Positions 23,367 to 35,137 of a stretch of DNA of 64,000 bases are shown piece by piece (within the stretch, counting starts at the first letter, position 1; each line of letters starts with the position of its first letter). The notes beneath the pieces are model-generated. The model was given only the letters and a program-made list of their open reading frames with translations. It was not told the DNA's origin and searched no databases. Position numbers and translations under genes: made by a program. The stretch spans positions 372,001 through 436,000 of the forward strand of contig JASTWF010000138.1 of assembly GCA_030390025.1 (NCBI GenBank), given 5' to 3'. The DNA is from Squalus acanthias. Lineage: Eukaryota.

Positions 23367-25256
23367 ATAAAAACGTAAGAGCCTAAGAAATAGGAGCAGG
23401 AGTAGGCCATACGGCCCCTCGAGCCTGCTCCGCCATTCAATAAGATCATGGCTGATCTTCTACCTCAACTCCACTTTCAAGCCCTATACTCACAACTCTT
23501 GATTCCTTTATTGTCCAAAAATCTATCGATCTCTGTCTTGAATATACTCAAAGACTCAGCATTCACAGCCCTCTGGGGCAGAAAAAATTCCAAAGATTCA
23601 CAACCCTCTGTGTGAAGAAATTTCTCCTCATCTGAGTCCTTAATGGCCAACCCCTTATCCCAAGACTAGGTTCTAGACGCTCCAGCCAGGGCAAACCGCC
23701 TCTTAGCCTGAACCGTGTCAAACCCTATAAAAATTTCATACATTTCAATGAGATCGCATCTCGTTCTTCTGAACTCCAGAGACTATCGGCCCATTCTACT
23801 TAATCTCTTCTCAAAGGACAACCCTCTCATCCCAGGAATCAATCCAGTGAACTTTTATTGCACCCGCCTCTAAGGCAAGTATATTCTTCCTAGGTAAGGA
23901 GACCAAAACTGTGCACAGTACTCCAGGTGTGGTCTCACCGCAACCCTATATAATTGCAGCAATACTTATTCCAAATCCTTGCAATAAAGGCTAACATGCC
24001 ATTTGCCGCCCTAATTGCTTGCTGTAACTGTATGCTAAAGTTCTGTGATTCGAGTATAAGGACACCCAAATCCCTCTGCATACCAACATTTATTAGTCTC
24101 TCACCTTTTAAAAAATATTCTGCTTTGCTATTCTTCCTACCAAAGTGGATAATTTCACATTTCCCCACATTATGCTCCATCCGCCACCTTATTGCCCACT
24201 CACTTAATATGTCTCTATCCATTTGCAGGCTCTTTGTGTCCTCCTCACAAGTTAGTTACCCACCTAGCTTTGTATCGTAAGCAAATGTGGATACATAGGC
24301 CCGAAAATTAGACCTAATACGCGAGAGTACGCACTGTGTACTCTCCCGTATTAGTTCCAGAATTGCCGGTTTCCTGCATGCACTGCGCATGCGCGGGAAA
24401 CCGGCACTTCGTGTATTGCAAAGGGGGCGGTTCTTAAGTGAACTGCGTGCGCGCTACAGGTTGCGCGCACGCAGTGCACTTAGTTTTTTTTTCAGGTTTG
24501 AACGCGCAGGTAAGTGGTGAAGATTTTACACATAAAGAAAGCAGGCGTAGGACCCCCTTTTAACAAGGTAAGTAGTTAATTAAGTGTTATTTTAATTTTT
24601 TTTCAACAGGTATATCTTTTTTAGAGACTTTAAAGAAAGGTAAGTTTATTTTTATAACTTTTAAAAAGATTTTAAATTTTTTCAAAAATTTAATTTTTTG
24701 TTTAAAGTGGTTAATTTATTTAACTATAGTTATTTTATTAATGCGATGGCTTTTTTTAAATTTAATTGAGGTTTAGCTGTTCTTTTGGGGGCTTGTAGTA
24801 TTCATAGCTTTGACAGCCCTTGCTGTCAAAACTAAATATGAAAGATGGTGTGCTGCCATTGGCTCTAACTGAATCACGTGATCCCAGAGCTCGCACGAAC
24901 TAATTGCGCCTCAGGGACACGCAAGCACTGCACGCTGGCAACAGGGAGAGGCCCTGAAACTGAAGTTCGTGTGGGCCCAAAACAAAAAGGTAGGCGCGGA
25001 GTGCGATATCGCGGAGAATCCTTACCCCCGCGGGAACCATCGATGTTTAATTTCTGGGCCATTAACTCGATTACCTTATCTAAGATTGTAAATAGCTGAG
25101 ACCCAAGCACTGATCCTTGCAGCACTCCACGAATTGCACCATGCCATCCCGAAAATGACCCGTTTATTCCTACTCTCTGTTTTATGTCCGTTAACCAATC
25201 CTCAATCCATGTTGATATATTACCCCCAATACCATTAGCCCTAATCGTGCGTAACA
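23367..25256 (-). mobile_element. CR1 LINE fragment (RT 3' half) interrupted by a MITE
   Basis: SEWAIRWRMEHNVGKCEIIHFGRKN and KQRVGINGSFSGW...QGSVLG. The 3' end is near 23370. Confidence 0.85.
24298..25060. mobile_element. MITE family A copy 2 (inverted relative to copy 1)
   Basis: GGCCCGAAAATT...AATTTCTGGGCC. The internal sequence is the reverse complement of 13801-14563 with high similarity. Confidence 0.85.
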
Positions 25257-26149
25257 CGGGCAGGATTGTACCATCCCAAATATATCGGCACAAATCCAGC
25301 AGGATTCTACATCCCAAATATATCTACACAATCTCGTCATTTATCTGCCATCTGAAATATATTGACACAACTCCGGCAGGATTCTACCGACCCAAATACA
25401 TCTATCGAGCTCCTCGTAAGCTGATCCTGATATTTTATGCTTAACATTATCAAATCGAGAGGTATGTATAATTTGTAAATAATATATTGGTTTCAGTCTA
25501 GTTTTTTCCCAAATATTTGTGGTTCTAAAGAAAAAGGCACACACAAAGTGCATAAACAATAAAGAGGATGACAAAATCTGATGAACGAATAAAGAAGTTA
25601 AAAAGTCAATTCGAAAAATAAAGAGGAAATCTGAAATGAAAATACTAAAGGATATAAAAAGAAATAGTAATGTATTCTATCGGCACAAAAGTAACAAAAG
25701 GAGAATTATGATGTCGACAGAGCCACTAGAAGATAAGTAATGTAAACGCAGAGGAGATGATATTGACAATGATACTGAATAGGTACTTTATTTCAGTTTT
25801 CCCTGAGGAGCAACGAAAAAATGACAAACATTAAAGTTTTCAGCTGGGATATTGTAACAGTGAAGATAGAAGAAAGGAGAGACTAGAGAAACAATCCAAA
25901 CTTAAGGAGGACAAAGTCCTGGTTCCATATGGTTTGCATCCGTAGATACTCAAGACACGATGGAGGAGACAACAGAGGCACTAGTGTCCATGTATGAAAA
26001 ATTAATAGTGCCAAAGGGCAAATGTAATTGCTATGGTCAAAACTAGAGATAGAAAAAATCCAGGAAAGTGCAGACCAGTTCGCTAATTTCACTGAAAAAT
26101 GCCACTTTATAAAATAGTTATTAAGAACCTCATTAAATAGAACTGTTGT

Positions 26150-26470
26150 TCCTGGTGGGAAAATGGGGAAAGTTGGTTCAGTTTGGCGATAAATAAAAAG
26201 CTAGTATCAGTAAAAGTGACAGTGATGCTGTCCGTTTGCCGTAAAAACCAACTGGTTCCCTAATGTCCTTTGGAAGGAAACCTCCCATCCTTACTCGGTC
26301 CGGCCTATATGTGACTCCAGTCCCACTCCTACGTGGTTGAACTTTAACTGCCCTCTAATGTGGACCAGCACTCAGTTATAACAAACAACGATTCAAGAAG
26401 AAGTCCCACCACCACCTTCTAAGGTGGACCAAAAATGCCAGTTTTCTCAGTGATGCCCAGATCCCGAGAA
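26150..26470 (+). mobile_element. SINE fragment, same family as 45310-45710
   Basis: ctagtatcagtaa...gtaaaaaccca.ctggttc.ctaatgtcctt..ggaaggaaa.ct.cc.tccttac..ggtc.ggcctatat.tgactccag. Confidence 0.7.
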
Positions 26471-26859
26471 GTTATTTTTATGTGAAGAAATCCAATCAAA
26501 CTGATTAATTTTAATCCGTTAATTTTATTGAAAATCTCACTGGCAAAAAAATAAATATTAACAACCTCATCAATTTGAAACTAAACAAGATAATTCAGTG
26601 TCACATTGAGTATCACATTGAGTATAACTATTACACCGTGGTCATTGACTTGTCTCTCCATTTTTACAACATACAAAGCTATAGATACACTCAATAGCAC
26701 ACACAAATAGCAATCACAATTGGACGGTCGGATAAGCTGAATTTCATGTCACAAATGTAATACAAAGGAAATGTAATAGCTGCTCATTTACTGATTGTGT
26801 ATAATTGGGAGCACATTTGTTTCACTTGAGTGAACTGTGTAACATGATCCGATTTACAT

Positions 26860-27110
26860 TGGTCGATGGAAATGGTCCTCCATTGAACGCAATAAAGAAG
26901 ACAATCCCGTTGCTCTTTCGGCAGCTATAGGACGGAATATTTAACCGGCAATTTGCCGTCAACAACACAGCAGAGACCAATATTGTTGATGTTAAACAGA
27001 TGGCAGACATCAATGGCGCCGTCATTCAGTGAGTCATTTCACCTGTGAAAGAAATAAAATAAATGATAAAGGGTGATTTTATGTGTACATATTTGTACTC
27101 ATATTGTACT
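26860..27110 (+). pseudogene. Highly decayed TCR Vdelta/alpha-like exon, truncated by a CR1
   Basis: EDNPVAL, then after a frameshift GSYRTEYLTGNL...QQRPILLML...APSFSESF (26920-27039). This aligns with V1 EGDTVLLP-CNYPVIYTAANL...APAFTKRF. The FWY motif is deleted and there is no YYC or RSS. Confidence 0.45.
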
Positions 27111-27114
27111 CATG

Positions 27115-27500
27115 TTTTCATTAGAGCAAAGGAGGTTGAGGGATAATTTGATAGAGGTGTACAAGATTACGACGGGTTTGGATAGGCTAGACGGGGAAAG
27201 CTGCTTCCACTAGTTGATGGTACAAGGACTAGGGAACACAGATTTAAGGGGGGTTGTGAGGAAAAACTTCTTTACGCAGCGACTGTTGAGGACCTGGAAC
27301 TCGCTGCCGACGGAAGTGGTGGAAGCGGAGACACTCAATGTTTTCAAGAGGAGACTGGATAGGCACTTGAGGGAATAAACTTGCAGGCTACGGGGATAGA
27401 GCCGGGGAATGGGACTGACTGGATTGCTCGACAGAAAGCCGGCACGGACTCGATGGGCCGAATGGCCTCCTTCTGTGCCGTTATGACTCTATGACTCTAT
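27115..27500 (+). mobile_element. CR1 3' end, same subfamily as 10815-11217
   Basis: Near-identical to the 10815-11217 tail and ends in (tatgactc)2. Confidence 0.88.
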
Positions 27501-28429
27501 ATTATGTACCTAAAAAATTACAGTCAACAAAACTCGGAGTTCTATCAGCACCTCTTGAACTGTACTAATGTATCTTCTATTATTGTGTTCTTTCATATTT
27601 AATGCACAGTTATCATCTGATTTGAAATAAGATTCCAAATGATATAAAAGGAACCAATTGCACCCGAACTGGTATCCCCTGTTCTAGAGGTTTCTCTGTG
27701 AATGAACTAAAACTGCGGCTGAAGCTGTATTGATCACAAGAGATTGGAGAACAGAGAACGTGTGAGGTATTTTCTCTCCAGTAAAATCTCTTGAGCCAGT
27801 TCATTACACTGGGCGGGGGGTATTAGACAGTGCAGAATTTTTAAATGAATTTGCAAACTGTTTCAGATTTGCTGGCAATAAGTGTTAATCTTAATAGTTT
27901 CCGAAAGCTGACATATTCCGCTCTTCTTCCTCCACCTAGACAGCGATTCACTGTTTGACCCGAGCAGCTCCATTCCTCCCGGCAGCTGCCGCCTCTTTTC
28001 CGCCTCTTCTTCATTTGATTGACAATCGCGACCGCGCGACTAACAGAAATAGGACAAAAACATCTGAATGGGTTACAGTTGTTGCTGGTGACGTATGTCA
28101 GTGAGAGGATTCATGGAGTGAGGGGTGAAAGCAGAAGAGCAGCTGCCCCAATTAGCCCGGGAGAGGGGGGAGGACAATCCACGCAGCGTGGCGTTAGGAC
28201 AAGTGTGGGGGGCCGAAATATTCAGCGGGACCTGGCGAGAGGAGAGCGGAGAGCTCCAGCAGAGGATCTGCGCTCAGCGACCAGCGACCGCCGCCTCTCT
28301 CCCTTCGCAGCGAGCGGGGGCCTGGGCTACGCGACAGCTGCGACCGTCATCGCACAGACCATCGGGATGAGGGGAAACAGAGGTCCGAGTCGGGGCCCGA
28401 GCCGCCAGGTTTCTCAGCTCGATCCAACC

Positions 28430-28565
28430 TTTAAGCGACAGTGTATTTTTCTTTTTTCTTTTTTAAACAAGAATTTTTTTAATCCCGGGGATTATTTATG
28501 GTGGACCCTTTGAAATCTTCGCGCAAAACCCGAGGGGCCCGGGGGCCCCCGCTTGAGAACCCCTG
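28430..28565. mobile_element. hAT (Charlie-like) terminal fragment
   Basis: Ends TTGAGAACCCCTG, the reverse complement of the CAGGGGTTCTCAA hAT-Charlie-type terminus. The other end was not found. Confidence 0.5.
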
Positions 28566-28590
28566 GTCTAACCAATGTTCAATACAAGTT

Positions 28591-30312
28591 GACGAAGGAG
28601 CAGCGCTCCGAAAGCTTGTGATTTCAAATAAAGCTGTTGGACTATAACCTGGTGTTATGCGACTTCTAACATTTGTCCACCCCAGTCTAACACCGGCATC
28701 TCCACATCATGGCTACTATCGACACCACAAACTGCCGGCTCAAAGTGGAGAGGATCTCCAAGAAGATCGCGCATATCGACACAGACATCAAGTTTCTACA
28801 GAGATGCAAGAAAGCAGACAAGATCCCGAAAGGACTACAGATCACGAACTCACTCAAGACGCCATACAACACAGACTACGCTGAGAGACTCTGCCGTCGT
28901 ACCTCTCGCACACTCCTCAACCATCTCGTACACCAGCTCTACAGCAAACGCCGCAACCTCGAAACCAAGATAGAGTCCATGCTCTCAGCCTGTGCTCAGG
29001 ACACAGCAGACCAGTTACGAGACACCGCCAAACAGACGAGGCAACGGAACTACGCTGCCTACATGCACACCAAGAACAGGAAACTTGAGAAACTCGGCAT
29101 CACCACCAGCAGCAACCAAGCCTCCCCCGGTACCACGGTTGCAACCACAGGGAAGTCCATCGTCAACTTGGCCGACCACACCCTTCAACCAGACGAAATC
29201 GAAGTTCTCAGCCGAGGGCTCATTTTCTGCCCCACCACCAAAATGAACCCCATCGGTCTCGCGGCAGATGCAGAGGAATTCATCAGGAGAATGAGGCTCT
29301 GGGAATTCATCCACGAATCCCAAGATGTCAGCAGCGAACCCAATGAGACAATCAATGATCCAGAACAGCAGACAGAGGGACCCGCAGTGCAGCAACCGAA
29401 GAAGAAAGAGTCAGATTGGACCCCTCTAGGGATCGCTGCCCTAAGCTTGACATGTATGCTCAAGCTGTCAGGAGATGCATCAACGCCAGAATCATCAGCC
29501 GCACCCACAAGACAGTCCAGAATGTCAGCCGAGCACAACGCAATGCCATCCACGCTCTCAAGACCAACCGCAACATCGTCATCAAACCAGCGGACAAAGG
29601 AGGAGCCATCGTCATACAGAACAGAATGGACTATTGCAAAGAAGCATACCGACAACTGGACAACCAGGAACACTACAGACAGCTACCCGCAGATCCGACC
29701 AAAGAACACACCCGCCAAGTCAATAGACTGATCAAGACCTTCGATCCAGACCTTCAAAGCATCCTACGCGCTCTCATCCCACGTACTCCCCGCGTGAGAG
29801 ACTTCTACTGACTCCCAAAGATACACAAAGCCAACACACCCGGACGTCCTATCGTATCAGGCAACGGAACACTGTGTGAGAACCTCTCTGGATACGTCGA
29901 GGGCATCCTGAAACCCATCGTACAGGGAACCCCCAGCTTCTGTCGCGACACTACAGACTTCCTACAGAAACTCAGCACCCACGGACCAGTTGAACCAGGA
30001 ACACTCCTCGCCACGATGGACGTCTCGGCACTCTAACCAGTATCCCCCACGATGACGGCATCGCTGCGACAGCCTTAGTACTCAACACCAACAACAGCCA
30101 ATCTCCAGACGCCATCCTACAACTCATTCGCTTCATCCTTGACCACAATGTCTTCACCTTCGACAACCAGTTTTTTACCCAAACACACGGAACAGCCATG
30201 GGGACCAAATTCGCACCCCAATACGCCAACACTGACGAAGGAGCAGCGCTCCGAAAGCTTGTGATTTCAAATAAAGCTGTTGGACTATAACCTGGTGTTG
30301 TGCGACTTCTCA
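28591..30312 (+). mobile_element. Penelope-like retroelement, truncated, with 77-bp terminal direct repeats (hammerhead-like core) and an 11-bp TSD
   Basis: Direct repeats at 28591-28667 and 30234-30310. TSD CAATACAAGTT at 28580-28590 and 30313-30323, inside a - strand CR1. ORF from 28709 has VLSRGL.FCPT, IVIKPADKGGAIVI, LPKIHK...GRPIVS and GTAMGTKFAPQYAN, with frameshift/stops. No YxDD or GIY-YIG. Confidence 0.92.
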
Positions 30313-30494
30313 CAATACAAGTTTAGCAGAACTTCTCTACTTTTCAATTCTATCTCTCCAGAAATAAACCCCAGTGCTTGTTTTGCTTTTCATGGCCATA
30401 TTAACCTGCTTCGCTACTTTTAGTGATTTGTGTGTTTGTACCCCGAGATTCCTTTAGATTCTTATTTTCCCAGTAATTCGAAGGATTTTAGAAT

Positions 30495-32180
30495 TCAGCA
30501 AAGGATGTCCAAAAATTGTGAAAGAGAGAAAAAATAGAATGAGTGTAAATTAGCAAGAGGCATAAATACGGATTGTAAAAGCATCTGTAGGTATGTAAAA
30601 AGGAAGAGATTCGCGAATGTAAGCATGGGTCCCTTACAAGCAGAGACGGGATAAATTATAATGGGGAATAAGGAAATGGCAGAGACATTAAACAAATACT
30701 TTGTATCTGTCTTCACGGAAGACACAGAAAACATTCCAGAAATAATGGGGAACCAGGGGTTTAGTGAGAATGAGGAACGTAAAGAAATTAGTATCAGTAA
30801 AGAAATAGTACTGGAGAAAATTATGGGACTAAAATCCGACAAAACCCCTGCACCTCATGGCAATATCCTAGGATTTTAAAAGACTTTAAAGGCTACAGAT
30901 ATAGTGGACTCATTGGTTTTAATCTTTCTGTATTTCCATCTTCCAGAACGGTCCTCGCGGTAGCAAAAGTAACCCCGCTATTCAAGAAAGGCAGGGGAAA
31001 GAATACAAGGAACTATAGACCAGTTAGCATTCGATCAGGTACCACACAAGAGGTTATTAAACAAAATTAAGGCTCATGGGATTGGGGGTAATATATTACC
31101 ACGGATTGAGGATTGGTTAACGGACAGAGAACAGAGAGTAGGAATAAACGGGTCATTTTCGGGTTGGCAGGCTGTAACTAGTGGGGTACCGCAAGGATCA
31201 GTGCTTCGGCCTCAACTATTCACAATCGATATCAATGATTTAGATGAGGGGACCGAGTGTAATGCATCCAAGCTTGCTCACAATACAAAACTAGGTGGGA
31301 AAGTAAGTTGTGAGGAGGATGCAAAGAGGATGCAAATGGATATACACTGGTTAATTGAGTGGGCAAGAACATGGCAGATGGAATATAATGTGGAGAAATG
31401 TGAAATTATCCACTTTGGAAGGAAAAATAGGAAAGCAGAATATTTGTAAATGGTGAGAGATTGGGAAATGTTGGTTTCCAGACGGAACTGTGTGTCCTTG
31501 TACACGCATCACTGAAAGTTAACATGTAGGCACAGCAAGCAATTGGGAAAGCAAATAGTATGTTAGCCTTTATTACAAAATTATTAGAGTAAAGACATCT
31601 TACTGCAATTATATAGGGTCCTGGTGAGACCACACCTGGAGTATTGTGTACAGGTTTGGTCTCCTTACCTAAGGAAGGATATACTTGCCATAGAGGGAGT
31701 GCAGCGAAGGTTCACTAGACTGATTCCTGGGATCGGGAAAAGTTCTATGACGAAAGATTGAACAGACTATACTCCCCAGAGTTTAGAAGAATGAGAGGTG
31801 ATCTCACTGAAACCAATAAAAACTTTACAGGGCTTGACAGGGTAGATGCAGGGAGGATGTTTCCCCTGGCTGGGGAGTCTAGAACCAGGTGTCACAGTTT
31901 CAGAATAAGGGGTCGGCCATTTAGGACTGAGATGAGGAAAAAAATCTTCAACAAAGGGTTGTGAATCTTTGGGATTCTCCACCCCAGAGGGCTGCTTTGA
32001 TGAATGTTTGAGTACATTCAAGACGGAGATAGATATATTTTTGGACTCTAGGGGAACCAAGGGATATGGGGATCGGGCGGGTAGGTGGAGTTGAGGTACA
32101 AAATCAGCCATGATCTTATTGAATGGTGGAGCAGGCTCAACGGGCCGAATGGCCCACTCCTGCTCTTATTTCTTATGTTA
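30495..32180 (+). mobile_element. CR1 LINE ORF2 remnant
   Basis: MAETLNKYFVSVFTE, GVPQGSVL, EWARTWQMEYNVEKCE and a CR1 3' tail. Confidence 0.88.
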
Positions 32181-32199
32181 TGTAATATGTGACCTCCTT

Positions 32200-32855
32200 A
32201 TTTTACTTACCAAAATGTATTGCCTCACACTTATGCGTTGAAATTCGTTTGCCAGTTATGTGCCCTTTCTGGAAGTTTATTAATGTCTTCTTGTAATTTG
32301 TTGCAACCTCCTCAGTATTGACAATCCCACCCCACCACCCCCCCCCCCCCCCCCGCCCCAATTTGGTTTCATCCGCAAATTTAGAAATTGTGTTTTTGAT
32401 TCCAAAGTATAAATCGTTAATATAAATTGTGAACAACCGTGGTCCGAGCACTGATCCTTCTGGGACCCCACCTTCCACCTTCTGCCATTCAGAATAGCTA
32501 GCCTTTATCCCTACACTCTGCTTTCTGCCTTGAAGCCAGCTAGCTCTCCATTCTGCTACTTGTCTGATAACTCCGCATGCTCTGACCGGGTTCATTAATC
32601 TGTTATGTGGCACCTTATCGAAGGCCTTTCGTAAATCTAGATTAATTACATCAACTACATTACCCATGTCTACTTTCTCTATTAGCTCTTCAAATATTTA
32701 AATCTGGTTCGTCAAGCATGAATTAACCTTTTGAAATCCATGCTCACAATTCATTATTATAGTTTCGGTTTCGAAATATTTTTCTAATTTCTCATTTAAC
32801 AAGGATTCCATTATCTTTCCTACCACCGATGTTAAATTGATTGGTCTATAGTTCC
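32200..32855 (-). mobile_element. CR1 RT fragment
   Basis: [30 protein letters not shown]. Confidence 0.85.
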
Positions 32856-33109
32856 AAAAGTGAGGCGATTAGCACAGATGCTATTTAAGGGGAAGCTAGA
32901 TAAGAACATGAGGGAAGAACGAAAAGGAGGATTTCCTGATAGAGTAAAAGCTGACACGACTTGTTGGGCCAAAAGGGGCGAGGCGGGGCGGGACTGGTCC
33001 CTCTGTCAGTTTACTGTTCACAGGCGGACGAGCCGCTGAGGCCCACCGCCCCCTGGGAATCCTCGGGGAAACGGGCTCGGACCAAACTGCAGCCGGGAGG
33101 TCTGCTTCG

Positions 33110-34635
33110 GTGCTGCAGACTCTGTAACTGTGTAAAGTGATGTGTGAGGAGAAGGGCGGTGCTGCAGACTCTGTAACTCTGTGTAATGTGATGTGTGGGG
33201 GAGAAGGGCGGTGCTGCAGACTCTGTAACTCTGTGTAATGTGATCAGGGGAGAAGGGCTGTGCTGCAGTCTCTGTAACTCTGTGTAATGTGGTGTGTGGG
33301 GAGAAGGGCTCTGCTGCAGACTCTGTAACACTGTGTAATGTGATGTGTGGGGGAGAAGGGCTGTGCTGCAGACTCTGTAACTCTGTGTAATGTGATGTGT
33401 GGGGGAGAAGGGCTGTGCTGCAGACTCTGTAACTCCGTCTAATGTGATGTGTGGGGAGACGGGCTGTGCTGCAGACTCTGTAACTCTGTGTAATGTGATG
33501 TTTGGTGAAAAGGGCTGTGCTGCAGACTCTGTAACTCTGTGTAATGTGATGTGTGGGAGAAGGGCTGTGCTGCAGACTCTGTAACTCTGTGTAATGTGAT
33601 GTCTGGAGAAGGGCTGTGCTGCAGACTCTGTAACTCTGTGTAATGTGATGTGTGGGGAGAAGGGCTGTGCTGCAGACTCTGTAACTCTGTGTAATGTGAT
33701 GTGTGGGGAGAAGGGCTGTGCTGCAGACTCTGTAACTCTGTGTAATGTGATGTGTGGGGGAGAAGGGCTGTGCTGCAGACTCTGTAACTCTGTGTAATGT
33801 GATGTGTGGGGAGAAGGGCTGTGCTGCAGACTCTGTAACTCTGTGTAATGTGATGTTGGGAGAAGGGCTGTGCTGCAGACTCTGTAACTCTGTGTAATGT
33901 GATGTGTGGGGAGAAGGGCTGTGCTGCAGACTCTGTAACTCTGTGTAATGTGATGTCTGGAGAAGGGCTGTGCTGCAGACTCTGGAACTCTGTGTAATGT
34001 GATGTGTGGGGGAGAAGAGCTGTGCTGCAGACTCTGTAACTCTGTGTAATGTGATGTGTGGGGGAGAAGGGCTGTGCTGCAGACTGTGTTACTCTGTGTA
34101 ATGTGATGCGTGGGGAGAAGGGCTGTGCTGTAACTCTGTAACTCTGTGTAATGTGATGTGTGGGGGAGAAGGGCTGTGCTGCAGTCTCTGTAACTCTGTG
34201 TAATGTGATGTGTGGGGGAGAAGGGCTGTGCTGCAGACTCTGTTACGCTGTGGAATGTGATGTGGGGAGAAGGGCTGTGCTGCAGTCTCTGTAACTCTGT
34301 GTAATGTGATGTGTGGGGGAGAAGGGCTGTGCTGCAGACTCTGTAACTCTGTGTAATGTGATGTGTGGGGAGAAGGGCTGTGCTGCAGACTCTGTAACTC
34401 TGTGTAATGTGATGTGTGGGGAGAAGGGCTGTGCTGCAGACTCTGTAACTCTGTGTAATGTGATGTGTGGGGAGAAGGGCTGTGCTGCAGACTCTGTAAC
34501 TCTGTGTAATGTGATGTGTGGGGGAGAAGGGCTGTGCTATAGACTCTGTAACTCTGTGTAATGTGATCAGGGGAGAAGGGCTGTGCTGCAGACTCTGTAA
34601 CTCTGTAATGTGATGTGTGGGGGAGAAGGGCTGTT
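33110..34635. repeat. ~51-bp minisatellite, ~30 copies
   Basis: Unit gctgcagactctgtaactctgtgtaatgtgatgtgtggggagaagggctgt. Confidence 0.97.
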
Positions 34636-35137
34636 TGAAATGCCTGATTCCGGGTCAACCACAGATCTGGGCGTGGTCTGCAGGGCACCTTTGTGATGTC
34701 ACAAAACTCAGGCACAGCTACACGGGAGTTTCACCTCTTTGCGACATAACATATACTGAAGTTCCTAGCAACCAACCTAGCACCCAACCTCTCTGATCAT
34801 TGCTTATTATGTGCTGTGTTTAGCTCGGCGCTTTCCCAGGCAGTGAAAGAGGAGCTGGGCTCAGTTTGTGTGGCGTGTGTGCGTGGATCACATACCCTGC
34901 ACATCACCACATTGATCAGGCAGTATAAAATTAAGAGACGTAAAATTATTATTGAAACTTGACTCTCTGGTCTTCAGACCATGATCTGACTGTGTTCAAG
35001 GTGAGATGGGCACAGTTCATGGTTCACTCTCCCCAAATGCTGTCTTCAAAGGGTCAGTTCGTTTGGTGAATTTCACTGGGAGATAATCCGTCCACAGGAG
35101 AACTTTTAATCCCAAGGGTGGATAAATGGAAACAAGG

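Larger units (their letters stand above)
23322..25410. repeat. Degenerate ~38-bp tandem repeat split by a CR1 insertion that itself carries a MITE
   Basis: ggattctgccatccaaagtatatcgacacaactccg at 23324-23359 resumes as ~4 similar units at 25260-25410. Confidence 0.65.

Noticed and set aside
27034-27060. - strand tttctttcacAG|GTG AAA TGA as an alternative or orphan IgH TM2 (VK*)
   Set aside because: It is 30 kb from TM1, has no adjacent TM1, overlaps the + strand V-like relic, and a nearer TM2 exists at 53222. Probably chance, though RNA-seq could test a 57099>27042 junction.
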